A DNA stretch of 64,000 nt from Eledone cirrhosa (Eukaryota), in assembly GCA_964016885.1 (NCBI GenBank), contig OZ024745.1, positions 126,294,001 to 126,358,000 on the forward strand, read 5' to 3'. Both the position numbers and the translations under genes were made by a program. Under the pieces are notes generated by a model. The model saw nothing but the letters and a program-made list of their open reading frames with translations, was not told the origin of the DNA and ran no database searches. How positions within the stretch are numbered: position 1 is the first letter of the stretch; every line of letters starts with the position of its first letter. This document shows positions 51,585-64,000 of this stretch, in pieces.

Positions 51585-52816
51585 TCTTGTTCTGATAACC
51601 TTGTGATAAACAGCCGAAACTCCAGAGTAACAAGACTCACTTATTAGTCTTACTAAAATACACCCATTTTAACATAATGTATATTAAAAACAAATCAACT
51701 GCAATGATGCAAATCTGATGTCAGTGCAACAGATGTCCCTTGAGAAAGTAATTTATTTGTTTTTAAGCAAGAATCAGATAACATTGTGCTTTTGTCTATA
51801 AATATCCACGGAGAAATTATCTTCAGAATAGAACAACTGGGGCAAGGAACAACGACTTTTTATAAACCTATGACAGCGTAGAGTTATCTGATTGAAAGTT
51901 TGTCGTTGCCTGCCTTGAAGTAGGGGCGTCGTCATGATATTCTAAATTGAACAGAGCCCTTCCTTCTTCAGATATAACTATAGCAAATATTTCTTGAGCT
52001 GGTAATAACTGTTTTGGCAGAAGCAACTGTTTGTAGTAACTGTTTGTAGTAACAGCAACCAACTATTTCGAAAAACTGCAGACTGCAACATCAGAAAAGT
52101 ACCAAAAGTTTGGGCAATATAGTCTATGAAATAGAAAATTATGAGAGGTTCCTGGAAAGAACACCTCTGATCAGGACTAACTTTGGGCTAAACAACAACT
52201 GCAGTAAACAAATAGCAATTTAGAGTAAACGTTATGAGCTATTGTACGAGCAGACAAAAACAGCAGATGTAAACTATATTAATATCATCAATAGCAATAA
52301 ATACAAGTTCAAACACATGCAAAATAAGCATCTAATCAATAACAGTAGCAATTGCAATTTTATCAATTAGAAAATAAAATTTACGATTTCTATGTAATCA
52401 CTCGCTCTGCTAGAAATAGCACCCGAATCTCTTTCACCGTACCATTTTTTTAAGGATATATCTTATAATGTAGCCAGCGGTACACTAATACTGAATAGGA
52501 TGTTCACAACGTGAACGCTATTCACCATAGGTCTGCTCAATCAGCTGACCTGGGACTAAACATAAACAACGAGCAGAAAATACACCATGCTTAACCGCAA
52601 AATATCTCTAATTAAACTTCAATACTAATCAGTGCAGCTGTTGCAGTTTGATCGAAATATTGAGAAGGAATCAAATGATGTTAGCTACAGCTTTACCATA
52701 CAGCACAGTAGAACATTTATTGCAACAACAGTACACTCTTCAGTAGACCATCACTAACATCCTAAAAATTACTAAAACAGCCAGCTGAGGCATAACCCCT
52801 TGACTAAGGTGTAGAG

Positions 52817-53110
52817 CAGGCATGGGCAACCTTTTTCGAGAAGCGGGCCGCATGAGACATGGCTCATCATCAGGCGGGCCGCAAGCGCTAATTTACATTC
52901 GTGTCCACATTTAAAAAAAGGGGGTTGGTAACTCAGGTTGTTTTGATTTGTTTCTTCAGAATTCGTACATGTTGTTTTCCTCGATCGTAAAAATGATAGA
53001 AAGATAAATTACGACTGAAAAGGTTGGGTAAAAAAATCATCAAGATTTCACTTAGGTGACTTAGGCGAGCCATTCAGAAAGCTTCGCGGGCCACAGGTTG
53101 CCCGTGACTG
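52817..53110 (+). mobile_element. hAT MITE
   Basis: TIR CAGGCATGGGCAAC...GTTGCCCGTGACTG; TSD gtgtagag/gtgtagat. Confidence 0.9.
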
Positions 53111-53203
53111 GTGTAGATTCTGCCGCTCACTTGCTACTTTACTTTCGCTATTTCATTTTCTCTTTACTCTTTATATTTTCGTTTTTTTATGGATTATTTT
53201 ATT

Positions 53204-53392
53204 GGTGGATTGGCTGTATCGGTAGAGGGTCGGACGCCATGCTTTGACGCATATAATTACGGCCCTTGCCATTCTCAGTTCAAATCCCGCCGAGGTTAAT
53301 TTTGTCTTTCATCCTTACGGGGTTGATAAAATAGAGTACCAGTAATGCACTGGGTAATTGCTGGCCTTGTGCCAAAAGTATAAACAATTATT
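53204..53392 (+). mobile_element. SINE young
   Basis: Near-consensus. Confidence 0.9.
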
Positions 53393-53811
53393 TTATGTAT
53401 TTTCATTTATATTGCAAGAATTGACACAATCAGCATCAAAAGTTAAAATAAATACCGCCAAAAATGATTAAGTTCGTGTTAAAGGAACAGTATAATATGA
53501 ACACAAATATTCATATATTGGAATAATGTGATGTTCATCAATATTTCTCATAATGTCACAGGCAAAATATTTTCACGGTAGGGATATAGTCAATTTAATC
53601 AATTTAGTATGATACTGATACAGATTTTATTGTTTTGGGGGTGTATAAACATCATCAAGGGTCTATAAAGTTCAACAGGGCTGGATTTGAACTCAAATTG
53701 TTAAAAGGTAGAGCTAAATAATACAAGACTAGCACTAAATTATCTTTACGATTCTTTTTAATACATATATTTTTTAATCAATCGTATTGAGGTAGCGTTG
53801 AGAAAATTTTG

Positions 53812-54260
53812 AATTTTGAATGTAAGTTAGTATAAAATAGGCTGCCTCCACACAGTTAGTTATATAAGCTCTTAGCGTCGGAAAAAAGTGGACAGTATCG
53901 CCCATGGAACTCGAACTCCCACCTGGCATATGATTAATGTAAGCTGGTTGAACGCAGGTTGTTTTTTACTATGAAAATAGAACACACTAACTCATATTCA
54001 ACATTCAAAATTTGCTCAATGTTTACTTCCACCAGCCGAAAGATTTGGCTTTGAAAAGGACGCATAAGTGGTTAGTTCTAGCTTTGGTATAATGGTAGCG
54101 CAGCCACCCGACATACAGCATACGTGAGATCGAGTCTCGCAGACTATACTGTTCACTATTTCCAGATCTAGTGGGGTTGTTTGCTCAATTTGTTTCACTA
54201 TTTTTCAGTCAAAAACCTGTATTGAAGCAGCTTAATGTAAGCTAACTTACATTCAAAATT
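53812..54260. mobile_element. old foldback element with divergent tRNA-like arms
   Basis: Inverted ends AATTTTGAATGTAAGTTAG/CTAACTTACATTCAAAATT and GGAAAAAAGTGGACAGTAT/ATACTGTTCACTATTTCC. Confidence 0.55.
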
Positions 54261-54713
54261 CATGTATATTTTACTTGACATTTTAACGGTTTGGGCAGGG
54301 GCAGGGTTGTGTCAATAATTGATATATGTGAAACTATAGGCTCTGTTGCAGACTCTTAAACTGCATGAAACTTCTTATCACACCATTAGACCCCATTTCT
54401 ATTCTATATTAACCGAGTCAAATAGAAGCCAAATTTTCCTGAAATTACACCTCGTCGTCTGATAAGTAAGCATTGATAAAGACTGTGCGTTGCTGAAAGG
54501 GCTTAATAAAACTGAAATGTTTGGCGTGGTTGCCGTAATTAACAAAGATGAAACTCATTCCACACTGCTTTTCAGATATAATTCCAACTAATTTATATTT
54601 CCGAGTTATGGCCCCTACGCATTTTGAGCAGAATATTTATCACAATACAGTGAAAGTTTTCCTCATCATTTTATATATAGTTTATAAAGGCGTTGTTGTA
54701 CTGTAATTTGTGT

Positions 54714-54769
<56 letters not shown>

Positions 54770-54974
54770 AGAGAGAGATTCTAAAAATGTTATGGTCAGT
54801 TTGCTTTGGAAAGCATATGGCTTGGAAAACAATATAATCTAATCTTAAGTGTTATTTATTTGCTTTGAGATCTGAGTAAATTTAGTATATTTGCCTTGAA
54901 GTAGTAATATTTTAAAAACTAAAAGGGTGTGTAATCTCTAGGGTGGGTAACATTTTTGAGTTCCATGGACGAGT

Positions 54975-55190
54975 TCTCTTCACCGATCTTTGTCCCTCAT
55001 CATCGGAGCCATATCCTGCGTCTCCCTGAGATCAGTTTCGGTCCTTAGGGCATCAATATATGCCATCCTCGGTCTCCCTCTTCTAGTGTGTCCGTGTAGG
55101 GGCTCCCACAGGAGCACTGAGTGCAGTGTCAACTCTGAATGTCGGTGAGCATGTCCAGCTAGCCCCAGTCTCCTCTGGTTGTGCAATTTT
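54975..55190 (-). pseudogene. RTE-type LINE C-terminal fragment
   Basis: RRLGLAGHAHRH...VLLWEPLHGHTRRGRPRMAYID. Confidence 0.8.
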
Positions 55191-56825
55191 ACTAGAAATT
55201 TAACCTGTTTGCACTGAAGTGGTAATTAAAGAGGCCCCTAAGTCGAAGTGAGATGAAATGTTTACTAGTAGATTTTATTGCTTCAAAATGGATTTATTCA
55301 GTACTTCTAGTAACTACCTCTTTCTCTCTAATCAAGGATACTACCCGGAGTCTTACTCTTGATTACAGCCGGGAACATAATTTTAATATCTTACCTTGTG
55401 AACTTTTTGTAATTACCATAAATAGCAACTATTCCAGAGAGACAGAAAGAGAGAGAGATAAATATATAGAGAGAGAGGGGGAGGGAGAAAGAGGTAGGGA
55501 GATGGAGAAAGAGAAGGGGAAGGAGAGAGGGAGAGAGAGGGAGAGAGGGGGAGATGGAGAGAGGGGGGAGAGAGAGAGGGGGAGAAAGGGAGAGTTAATT
55601 TCTTTAACAGTAAAATTGGAACAACTCTCTCCACATCACACATCACACATCTCAACATGCAAACCTCTGCTTAAGTCTATCTATAAGGGTCAGTTTCCTT
55701 GGCAACCAGTTACATCAAATCATGTAGAATACTTTGGAGATCATCCAAGCTCTGAAGTGGCAAGACATTTTTAGAGAGATAAACCACCACGAAAAACGAA
55801 GAGCAGCAATATAAAAAAAATACCAGCAACAACAAAAATAATGCCTGCATAGTAACAAGTTGAATTGATTTCATAGAAATAGAGCAGAAAAGAATGTGTA
55901 TGGGAAAGAAAGAGAGAGGGTGTGTAGGGGAGAGGGGGACAAAGAGAATAAGAGAGAAGGTAAAAGTTTAAGATTGTGTGTGATGTGTGTATGTGTTTGT
56001 TGGATTTCGTTAAAAGTCAGCAGGAATGTAGGTCACGAAAGAGATAAGCCATATATGTATGATGTATATATGTATTTATGCCTCCATGTATGTGTATGTA
56101 TATATATATATATAGGAAAAAATATGACCCCGACGGCAGAGCTCAAGCCGTTTCGACGGCTATGTATGTTCTTCTGGTTTTATAATTTCACTATGTATGT
56201 ATGTATGTATGTATGTATGTATGTTCTTCTTTTTGGTAAATATCATCTTGGTTAAGAGAGTGGGACTGGCTTTGTGCAGTGCCTTTGCTCACTATAAAAG
56301 CTTCACGGCACAGGCATTGCTTTATATCTGGAGATCTCTCTGCACTTGTCGTCACATGGTACCATGGGAAGCATGTCCGACCCTCTACCGATACTGCCAA
56401 TTCACCGCCCTTGTATAACAATACATAATAATTACCGATAATAGCTCAATACATTGGGTAAAGAATCACTGGAGACGGAAAAAAGTGGACAGTGATGCCT
56501 GCAAGGGATCGAACCACATATCTCTCGAATGCTTGGTGAGAACGTCTAACCCTTGCAAAAGATGCGGGGTTCGATTGCTCGCAAGCTTCTGTCCAGTGTT
56601 TCTGTCTTCAGGAGTACTTTGCCCGACATATTCAACTTACTTTGCCTTTCATCCTTACGGCGTCAATAAAATAAAGTACCAGTAATGCACTGGGTAATTG
56701 CTGGTCTTGTGCCTAAAGTAGAAACGATTATTATAAGTATCTATTGGTTTAGTTCTCTGTAACTTTCCCCAATGATTTGTAAGTTAATAAATATTGTATA
56801 TAGATATTACATATATGCCTGGGAC

Positions 56826-57012
56826 GTGGATTGGCAGTATCGGTAGAAGGTCGGACGCCATGCTTTGCAGCATAGAGTTACGCCCCTTTACGGTCTGAGT
56901 TCAAATCCCTCCGAGGTTAACTTTGCCTTTCATCCTTACGGGATCGATAAAATAAAACACCAGTAATACACTGGGATAATTGCTGGCCTTGGCCCAGAGT
57001 AGAAACAATTAT
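56826..57012 (+). mobile_element. SINE young
   Basis: Near-consensus. Confidence 0.9.
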
Positions 57013-57429
57013 ATATATGCTTGTTATATATTCCCATATGTGTGTGTATGTGTGTATGTGTGCATTTGCGAGTATGTGTGTATGTGTGTGTGCGTGCGTA
57101 GTTCTGTATGTATATGTTTTTGTGTATGTGTGTGTATTTATAGGTGTGTATAAGACGCACTTGCGCTTCACAATACACATCTTAAATGTACAAATGAGCT
57201 ATTTTTCACTAAATTTAATCAATAACAAATTAAAAACTAATTGGCTATATGACAACACTGCCCATGTGAAGGAAATAGAACGAAATAGAAATAATTTCAA
57301 TATAAATCACACAGGGCAGATATGTGGAATATATTATCTCAATCCGGGACATAAGTTGTTTCATAGTGATCAGGTTCATTAATCAATAAATGAGGTCGAA
57401 TTTTAATGATAGAGTTTTACTTACACCCC

Positions 57430-57625
57430 TCTCTACATTCCTTTTTTTCCAACTGTTTGTTCATCAGTCACGATATTTATGGACCTACAAAGATTCTGGA
57501 GCAATTGGTTGAGGCAGCTTGTATAAAATTTGTAAATAATATTTAGGTAAGCAAATTTACTTTTAATTTTTTGCCAAGTTTTCATCTTTGGCAACAATAT
57601 TAGAAGCCAATTTGGTATTTCATTC
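57430..57625 (-). pseudogene. R4/Dong-type RT N-terminal fragment
   Basis: IPNWL..LLPK..T...AYLNIIYKFYTSCLN...IVTDEQTVGKKG; parallels 59200-59420. Confidence 0.65.
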
Positions 57626-59059
57626 TGCATACCAGTATAAATTCGTACATTCAATATGGCACCGTTAACGTCAGAAGGCCGTTTAAAATGAGTTTTTGAA
57701 TGTTTCCCTCCACAATTCTGTTGACTTACTCTAGCCAAAAACTGTAGCTTATCGTTATTCAAACTGGGTTGCAAAATATTCTTTAAATCACATGGAATCT
57801 CGTTTTTTACGACAATGACTAACCTTGATAATAACAATACCAATAACCATGCGACATGTCTGATCTAGTTAACACAATGTAAGTGCTTTTCATACCTCAT
57901 TCGACATTGTATTTAAACACAAAGTCTAAATCTGAGTTATGAAAAAGCTCGCGATGATCTTTTAATCGGCTATATAAAGCAAATAAAAAGTTACTGAAAC
58001 GAATCTCACCCAAATTCAAACTATTTCATGACAAAACAATTTCATTGGCAAGCTTTATTTTCCCGCAAAATGGCTGTCATGAATAGCAAATATTTACAAT
58101 TATTTGTAAACGTGGTTGGTGATAGAAAAGGCATCCAACTGTAAAAATCCTTGCCAGAATACAGTTCCGTTTGAGCAAGGTACCTTCGCGGTCAACTGGT
58201 CACACTTGTCTCATAAAGTGGACGACCCGTCCAACCCGTGAAAGCATGGAAAAATAGATACTAAACGGTAATGAAGAAGATGATGACGATGATGATGATG
58301 ATGTTGATGATGTCGATAATGTCGATGATGAATATGATTCTAAATCCAGTCGGTCTTCTAAAACATTGAGCCACAGTCAAATCGTCACTCAACTCTTTTA
58401 TATCTCCGTATGTAAATGATCTGATACAGATGACTATATAATATGTGGATTATATACAGCTTAAAAACATTAAAATCACAGTCTGAAAATTAGTTTTTCA
58501 GTTATTCTAGCTTATTGTTGAATGACAGTAAAGAGAAAGCCAACCACTCTCATGTTAAAGGTTATTGATGATACCACTTACGAATATATTATGAGTTTTA
58601 TGGGACAATTAGTACGTTCTAGAATGCTATTACTTTGAGAGTTTACCTCGATGACAGCTGCAGCGCACGTAACATATAATATCAACGCAAGCAACACAGG
58701 AGAAAGCTTTAATAATCTACCCTTCAAATTCAGATATTTAACTGACCTCATGCGTGCATGGTGAATAATATGTTCAGAAGCTTATGACAAAATTAACGGA
58801 AATATAAGGAGATTCTACTCAATTGAACTCACGTCACCTAAAAAATATTTCGTTATCGTAAAACAATACAACAACGAACCAGGATTAAGCATGTGTTAAC
58901 TTCTAATTCACAAACTGCATAGTAGGGAATGAAATAAAAATTGTCTTCGTTAAGAAAGCTCCTTCCATGGGAGATCTTAAATGATTTTGGTCTAAGAAAT
59001 ACTTTAACCAGAATGCACCATGGCTAAATACAACCAAGAAATATTATTGTGTCGACAAT

Positions 59060-60340
59060 AAAAATAACATTTACACAACCGGTCTTTAAACCTTCATCAA
59101 AGTTGTGGAAAAACTACATAATAGGAAGACTCAAAAAAGACATCTAACAGTTGGCGCTCTATACAAAGACACTAATTGGTATTTTTAAAAGAACTAAAGA
59201 AAACTATATCAACATACCAAATTGGATTGTCATGGCACCTTCTAATACAGCAGACAAGGATGAAAACACTGACTTGGCAAAAAAACTATTAGTCCATTTG
59301 CTTACCTAAATATTATGTACAGACTTTACTCAAACTGTCTCAACCAATTCCACCAAGAATATTATAAGTCTATAAGTGACTGATGAACAAGCAGGTGGAA
59401 AGAAGGAAGAGTAGGGATGTACCAAACAACCTTTGATAACTAAAGCTGGCCTGTCTGAAGTAAGGAAACAGTGAGGAAGCATTGTGACAGTATGGCTTGA
59501 CTACAAACAGAAGAGTATTGAATTCTATTCACTACTCATAGTTACGGATCACAGTACTTGGAAAAAGTACCTGATGTCTTAAACCAATCATGAGCAACCT
59601 GCGGCCCGCGAAACTTTCTGATTTTTTTACCCAAACCTTTCAGTCGTAATTTAGCTTTCTATCATTTTTATGATCGAGGAAAACAACGTGTACGAATTCT
59701 GAAGAAACAAATCGAACAACCCGAGTTACCGCCCTTTAGCGCTTGCGGCCCGCCTGATGATGAGCCATATCTAATGTGGCCCTCTTCTCGAAACAGGTTG
59801 CACGTGCCTGTCTTAGACGTTTCCCTCGATAGGCTTACAAAGACCTGGTCAATGCCCCCCACCCCTCCAACATGCTGAAAGCAGAACAATTGTCTCAGAT
59901 GTTATATACATTTCAAAGGGCACATTCCAAGCAGACATTCTGTCTGTACTTCTGTCTATCTTGGAGCTAAATCCCCTACGATTTCTTCTATTTAAAAGAA
60001 TTCAGTGATTGTGTGCTATTGTCTAAAACAGCAACTCATAATTTCCTTGTGGACGATATAAAGGTCTATACTGGAGATGTTGTGAAACAGCTGGAGTTAA
60101 TAACATTTTCAGCTGATACAGAGGTGAAATAAGGCCAAAAGAAATGCGTTCATTTAATAGTTGAACGAGGTAAAACTGTTTCTTAAACCCAGAAACTTTG
60201 CATCAAATATCTCTCTATCTTCCCTGTACCAAACAACGAATGCTGCAAATAACTAGGCATTGACAAAAATATAGCGTATGCTGATACTGTGAAGAGAGAG
60301 TCCAAAGTATATTATACTTGACTTTAAAACGTATCGCAGT
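59060..60340 (+). pseudogene. R4/Dong-clade LINE reverse transcriptase remnant
   Basis: DEQAGGKK..GCTKQ.LITKA...VWLDYK; KGTFQADILSVLL...LNPL.FLL; THNFLVDDIKVY; TFSAD...KKC; multiple stops. Confidence 0.75.
59585..59810 (-). mobile_element. hAT MITE (same family as 52817) inserted in the Dong-like RT
   Basis: TIR CAATCATGAGCAACC...GGTTGCACGTGCCTG; TSD tcttaaac/tcttagac. Confidence 0.85.
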
Positions 60341-60546
60341 CAAAACTCTTTAAGTGACTAGTGACAATCTCAAAAGGAATTCATAACGATGGAATGGTTT
60401 GTGACAATCCTCAACATTTCAAGTGTATAGGATGATTATTTATATGTTTGTTTGTGTATGTGGATGGTTGTGTGAGTAGAAATATATTTTTGTTTTTTCC
60501 TGCTACGTCGGAATATGAAGGGTCACGTGAAAATAAGTAAATAAAT

Positions 60547-60742
60547 TAATTGTTTTTACTTTTGGCACAAGGCCAGCAATTACCCCAGTGCATTACTGGT
60601 GCTTTATTTTATCGACCCGGTAAAGATGAACGGCAAAGTTAACCTCGACGGGATTTAAACTCAGAACGTAAGGGGACATAACACCATGCTGAAAAGCATG
60701 GGTGGTGTCTGACGCTCTACCAATACTGCCAATCCACTGCCT
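60547..60742 (-). mobile_element. SINE
   Basis: TSD-like aataagtaaa.aaattaat on both sides. Confidence 0.85.
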
Positions 60743-62159
60743 TAATAAGTAAAGAAATTAATAATCATTCAATCAGCAAAATGAACAAAACTTGAACGTG
60801 TGTGTGTGTGTGTGTGTGTGGTGTGTGTGTGTGTGTTTCGAATACAGGAGGTCATGTGATAAGAATAATAGTGGTAATAGTAACTATAATAGTTTCATTA
60901 CCAAAATGAACAAGTATGTTATATATATATATATATGTGCATATGTGTGTGTGGGTGTGTGGGTATGCGTGCGTGTGTGTGTGTGCGCATGTGCGCGTTA
61001 TGTAAAGGGTTAATCCCACCTGGCACATTGCTGCCTTTATTAGAGCCCATTCTATTGCAAACATTTGGTCGATGTCCCTGGTTTTAGAATAATGTCCTCC
61101 CTCCCTCCCACCAGTCTTAGGGGCATGAAAAGGACCATGAGCGCTGACACCTCTATTCTTTTTATAGCAACCCAGATCTATAGTATAGAGCCTACCGTTT
61201 CAAATGTTCATAATTAAATTCAAATCTTCCAACATAATATTATGTGAGACATTTTCTCATAGTTATGCTATAAATATCCGTTTAATAGTTCTTTCTATGG
61301 CGTTACTGGTTCTTTATTTTATCGACCTCGTAAGGATGAAAGGCAAAGCTAACTTAGGCGGGATTTGAAATCAGAACGTAAAAGGCCTTAACTCGATGCT
61401 ACAAAGCATATGGTCCGATGGTCTACAGATAATGCCAATCCACCACACTGTTTAATAATGAAATTATTTGATTACATCTCTTCAAATTCTTGATAACTTT
61501 TGAAATTAATAAAAACTGACAGACAGGTCATTTTAATCAGAAATATGGTCATAAAAGGGTTATAAAGTCGTAGTTCACTGACTCAACAGGATGTTTTACT
61601 GCCAATGGAAGATTATAAGTGTCATATCACGTAACCGGTGCTGCGCAGTCTTCATTTAACTGTTTTTACGCTTAACATTCTCGGGGACACTGCGTAATCA
61701 GCGAGCATTTCATTAGTTTGGAGTGTTGAATTAAAATATCTTTTTTTTTCTTGATATATATTTTTCTATTATATTTTTACATTAATCGTTTAGGTCAGTT
61801 CAAGGGTACTTCTCTAAAACCAGAACACGTGTGATGTAGATAGCAGAGCTTTTGTTTCATACAAGGTCAAGACTGATAAAGATAAAAGTTGGCATGGAAA
61901 GCATCGAAGTTAACTGAGATGGAAACGTTTGCCTGTGAGTGTGTCAGATGCGAATTTTCTTCTTTTTTCTTTCTTTCTTTCTGTCTGTCTTTCTTCCTTT
62001 CATTCATTCTTTCTTTCTTACTTTTTTATCGTTTGAAAGCTGCTCAGCTGATAGCCAAGCGCCGCCTGATAAACTTGTGTTTCTATTTTAATCAGATGAT
62101 ATTATGTAACAAAAAAATAAAGAAAGAAAATAGTGTAACAGAGTCTAGGCACTTAATCT

Positions 62160-62255
<96 letters not shown>

Positions 62256-62459
62256 TGAGGGATAGACACTTACATACAAATACAAATGTACACGCTTGCA
62301 CAGGCACAAAACAAATGTTTCTTCAACATCTTTGCTTTTGCGTTCCTTATCTATTTATATCCTTTGTATCTCGCCCCTGTCTCTATCTCTCTTATTTTCA
62401 GTTTCACTGTTTTACAAGTTATTAGATACACTCAGAGGCATTCTAATGCATACACCATA

Positions 62460-62700
62460 ACGCCGACGTTAACTTTGCCTTTCATCTTTACAGGGTCGAT
62501 AAAATAAAGTACCAGTAATACACAGGGATAATTGCTGGCCTTGCGCCAAAAGTAGAAACAATTGTCTAATACACAATAATACACAATAATATTGTTTCTA
62601 CTTTTGGCAAAGTTAACCTCGACGGGATTTGAACTCAGACCGTAAAGGGACGTAACTATGCCAGAAAGCATGGCGCCCAACCCTCTTCCGATACTGCCAA
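62460..62700. mobile_element. two tail-to-tail SINE fragments
   Basis: 3' half at 62460-62563 (+); copy at 62588-62700 (-) with internal deletion. Confidence 0.8.
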
Positions 62701-63099
62701 TAATATTAATGGTTAGTTATGCCCCCTTTGTTCCACCTTTTTGTTTCTCAGCTTGATACTACTTGGTTATATTGTCTTTGTTATTCTATGCATGCATATG
62801 TGAGAGACTACTGTGCTGAATTGGCAAGACGTTAGAACGTCTGATATCATACTTTGCCGTTGTCATTCCGGTCCTCTGAGATCTGAGACGGCGGATTTCG
62901 GTACTGGATTAACAGTGAACCCTACGTGATACATACGAGGTTCTAGTACCGTTAGTGTTTGATGTTCAAATTAATCCTAATCATTAATTAGTCTTCAAGC
63001 AAAACGTCTATGTAAGCAGTATTTCCTGACGAATTCTTCCACATACTTTTGCTTAACTATCTCGTGTACACAGTCCCAATATATTCAAATTATATATTA

Positions 63100-63900
63100 A
63101 TGTCATAAAATGGGATGGAATGTTCTAGTTGTACTATGTACGAACTCATCTCCCTAACATAAACACTAGGTTATCACGCCTTGATCGTCTCTGATCAGCT
63201 CGGAAATAGCGTACTCGGAGCTACACAGTAAAACATCATAATCAACAACTCCAGTCATTCAGCTTAACAATTCGCCCAGTTCTGAAAACGTTTCTTCCTG
63301 TCCCCTTCAAACAGACCCCTATCTATATTAACGTCTTAGCCCTTACGTTCAATTAAAATATGCAACACTAAGTCCCAAATTATAAGTCTGATTGTATCAA
63401 ATAAGGAATTATCACTTACTTTCATCAACAAAAATGTGATAAAAACAGTTGTAAATAACTTTCTCTTTTACCACTTTCATTCTTTTTCCTACTCAACCAT
63501 ATATTGTTATGATGTCGGTAAAGTAACAGCTGGTTTTTGCCCTTGAAGAATTAAGTGAAACTGCAACAAATATACCGACTGTGACTAGTATGGGAATCTC
63601 TCCAATCATTTTGTCTAAATATGGAATGCATTTGTTTTAAGTACATTTTCTGATTTACGTTTTATCAATTGTTTTAGGACTCGGTTTTGTTTATTAAATT
63701 CTTCATCTGTATTACAAAGAACCCCTCCAAGCTATTTGTAACAACATATATTCTGCGCGTCATTTTTCTTTAAAATTGAATGCATGAGCGTTATCGATAC
63801 GCAATATAGAAACCCGAATCTATACGTGTACTGTTTTCATGGAGAGACGTCGAGGAAACCTACCAATTAACAACCAAGTCACCTACAGCAGTATGAATAC
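63100..63900 (+). pseudogene. possible highly decayed Penelope-like linker/GIY-YIG remnant
   Basis: Fragments THLPNIN, PVLKTFLP, PFKQTP...NVL and HGETSRK resemble PLE linker and YIGET.R motifs in the expected order. Confidence 0.35.
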
Positions 63901-64000
63901 AATCGTTGCAGCGAGTCTTTACAACTTATGTTTAAACGACATATAGGTGAATAGCTGAACCAATAATAGAAATAAAAAGCAAACAACCATTCAAACATAT

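Noticed and set aside
51866-52000. Possible minus-strand host exon (AQEIFAIVISEEGRALFNLEYHDD...)
   Set aside because: No recognisable homology, weak donor site and in-frame stop; cannot be supported without transcripts.
56367-56733. Twin-priming 5' inversion of an extended SINE
   Set aside because: Leader homology resumes after the SINE tail (ATTATTATAAGTATC at 56727-56741), so the tail is a later insertion.
59750-59805. CTGATGA...CGAAAC hammerhead-like text
   Set aside because: Lies in a hAT MITE subterminus; the sister copy at 52817 lacks GAAAC and stem I is unconvincing.

Overview
AT-rich, repeat-saturated eukaryotic intergenic or intronic DNA with no recognisable intact host gene. The dominant tRNA-derived SINE (35+ copies or fragments), the (TA)n/(CA)n/(TACA)n microsatellite load and the LINE families point to an octopod cephalopod; this is inferred from repeat resemblance, not from a search. 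Nearly all listed ORFs are microsatellite artefacts. Real coding remnants are decayed non-LTR retrotransposons: several RTE lineages, R4/Dong-type RT, a CRE-type endonuclease C-terminus, an L1/Tx1-like 3' end and probable Penelope pieces. There are also hAT and Tc1/mariner MITEs, Helentron-like elements and minisatellites. The most interesting signal is a set of minimal type I hammerhead ribozyme motifs from sequence-unrelated short elements, mostly sitting between (TA)n tracts: four have intact cores and several are single-mutant or decayed. A related TA-embedded foldback family looks like a hammerhead converted into a long hairpin by fold-back copying. Coordinates were read by eye and may be off by a few bases.
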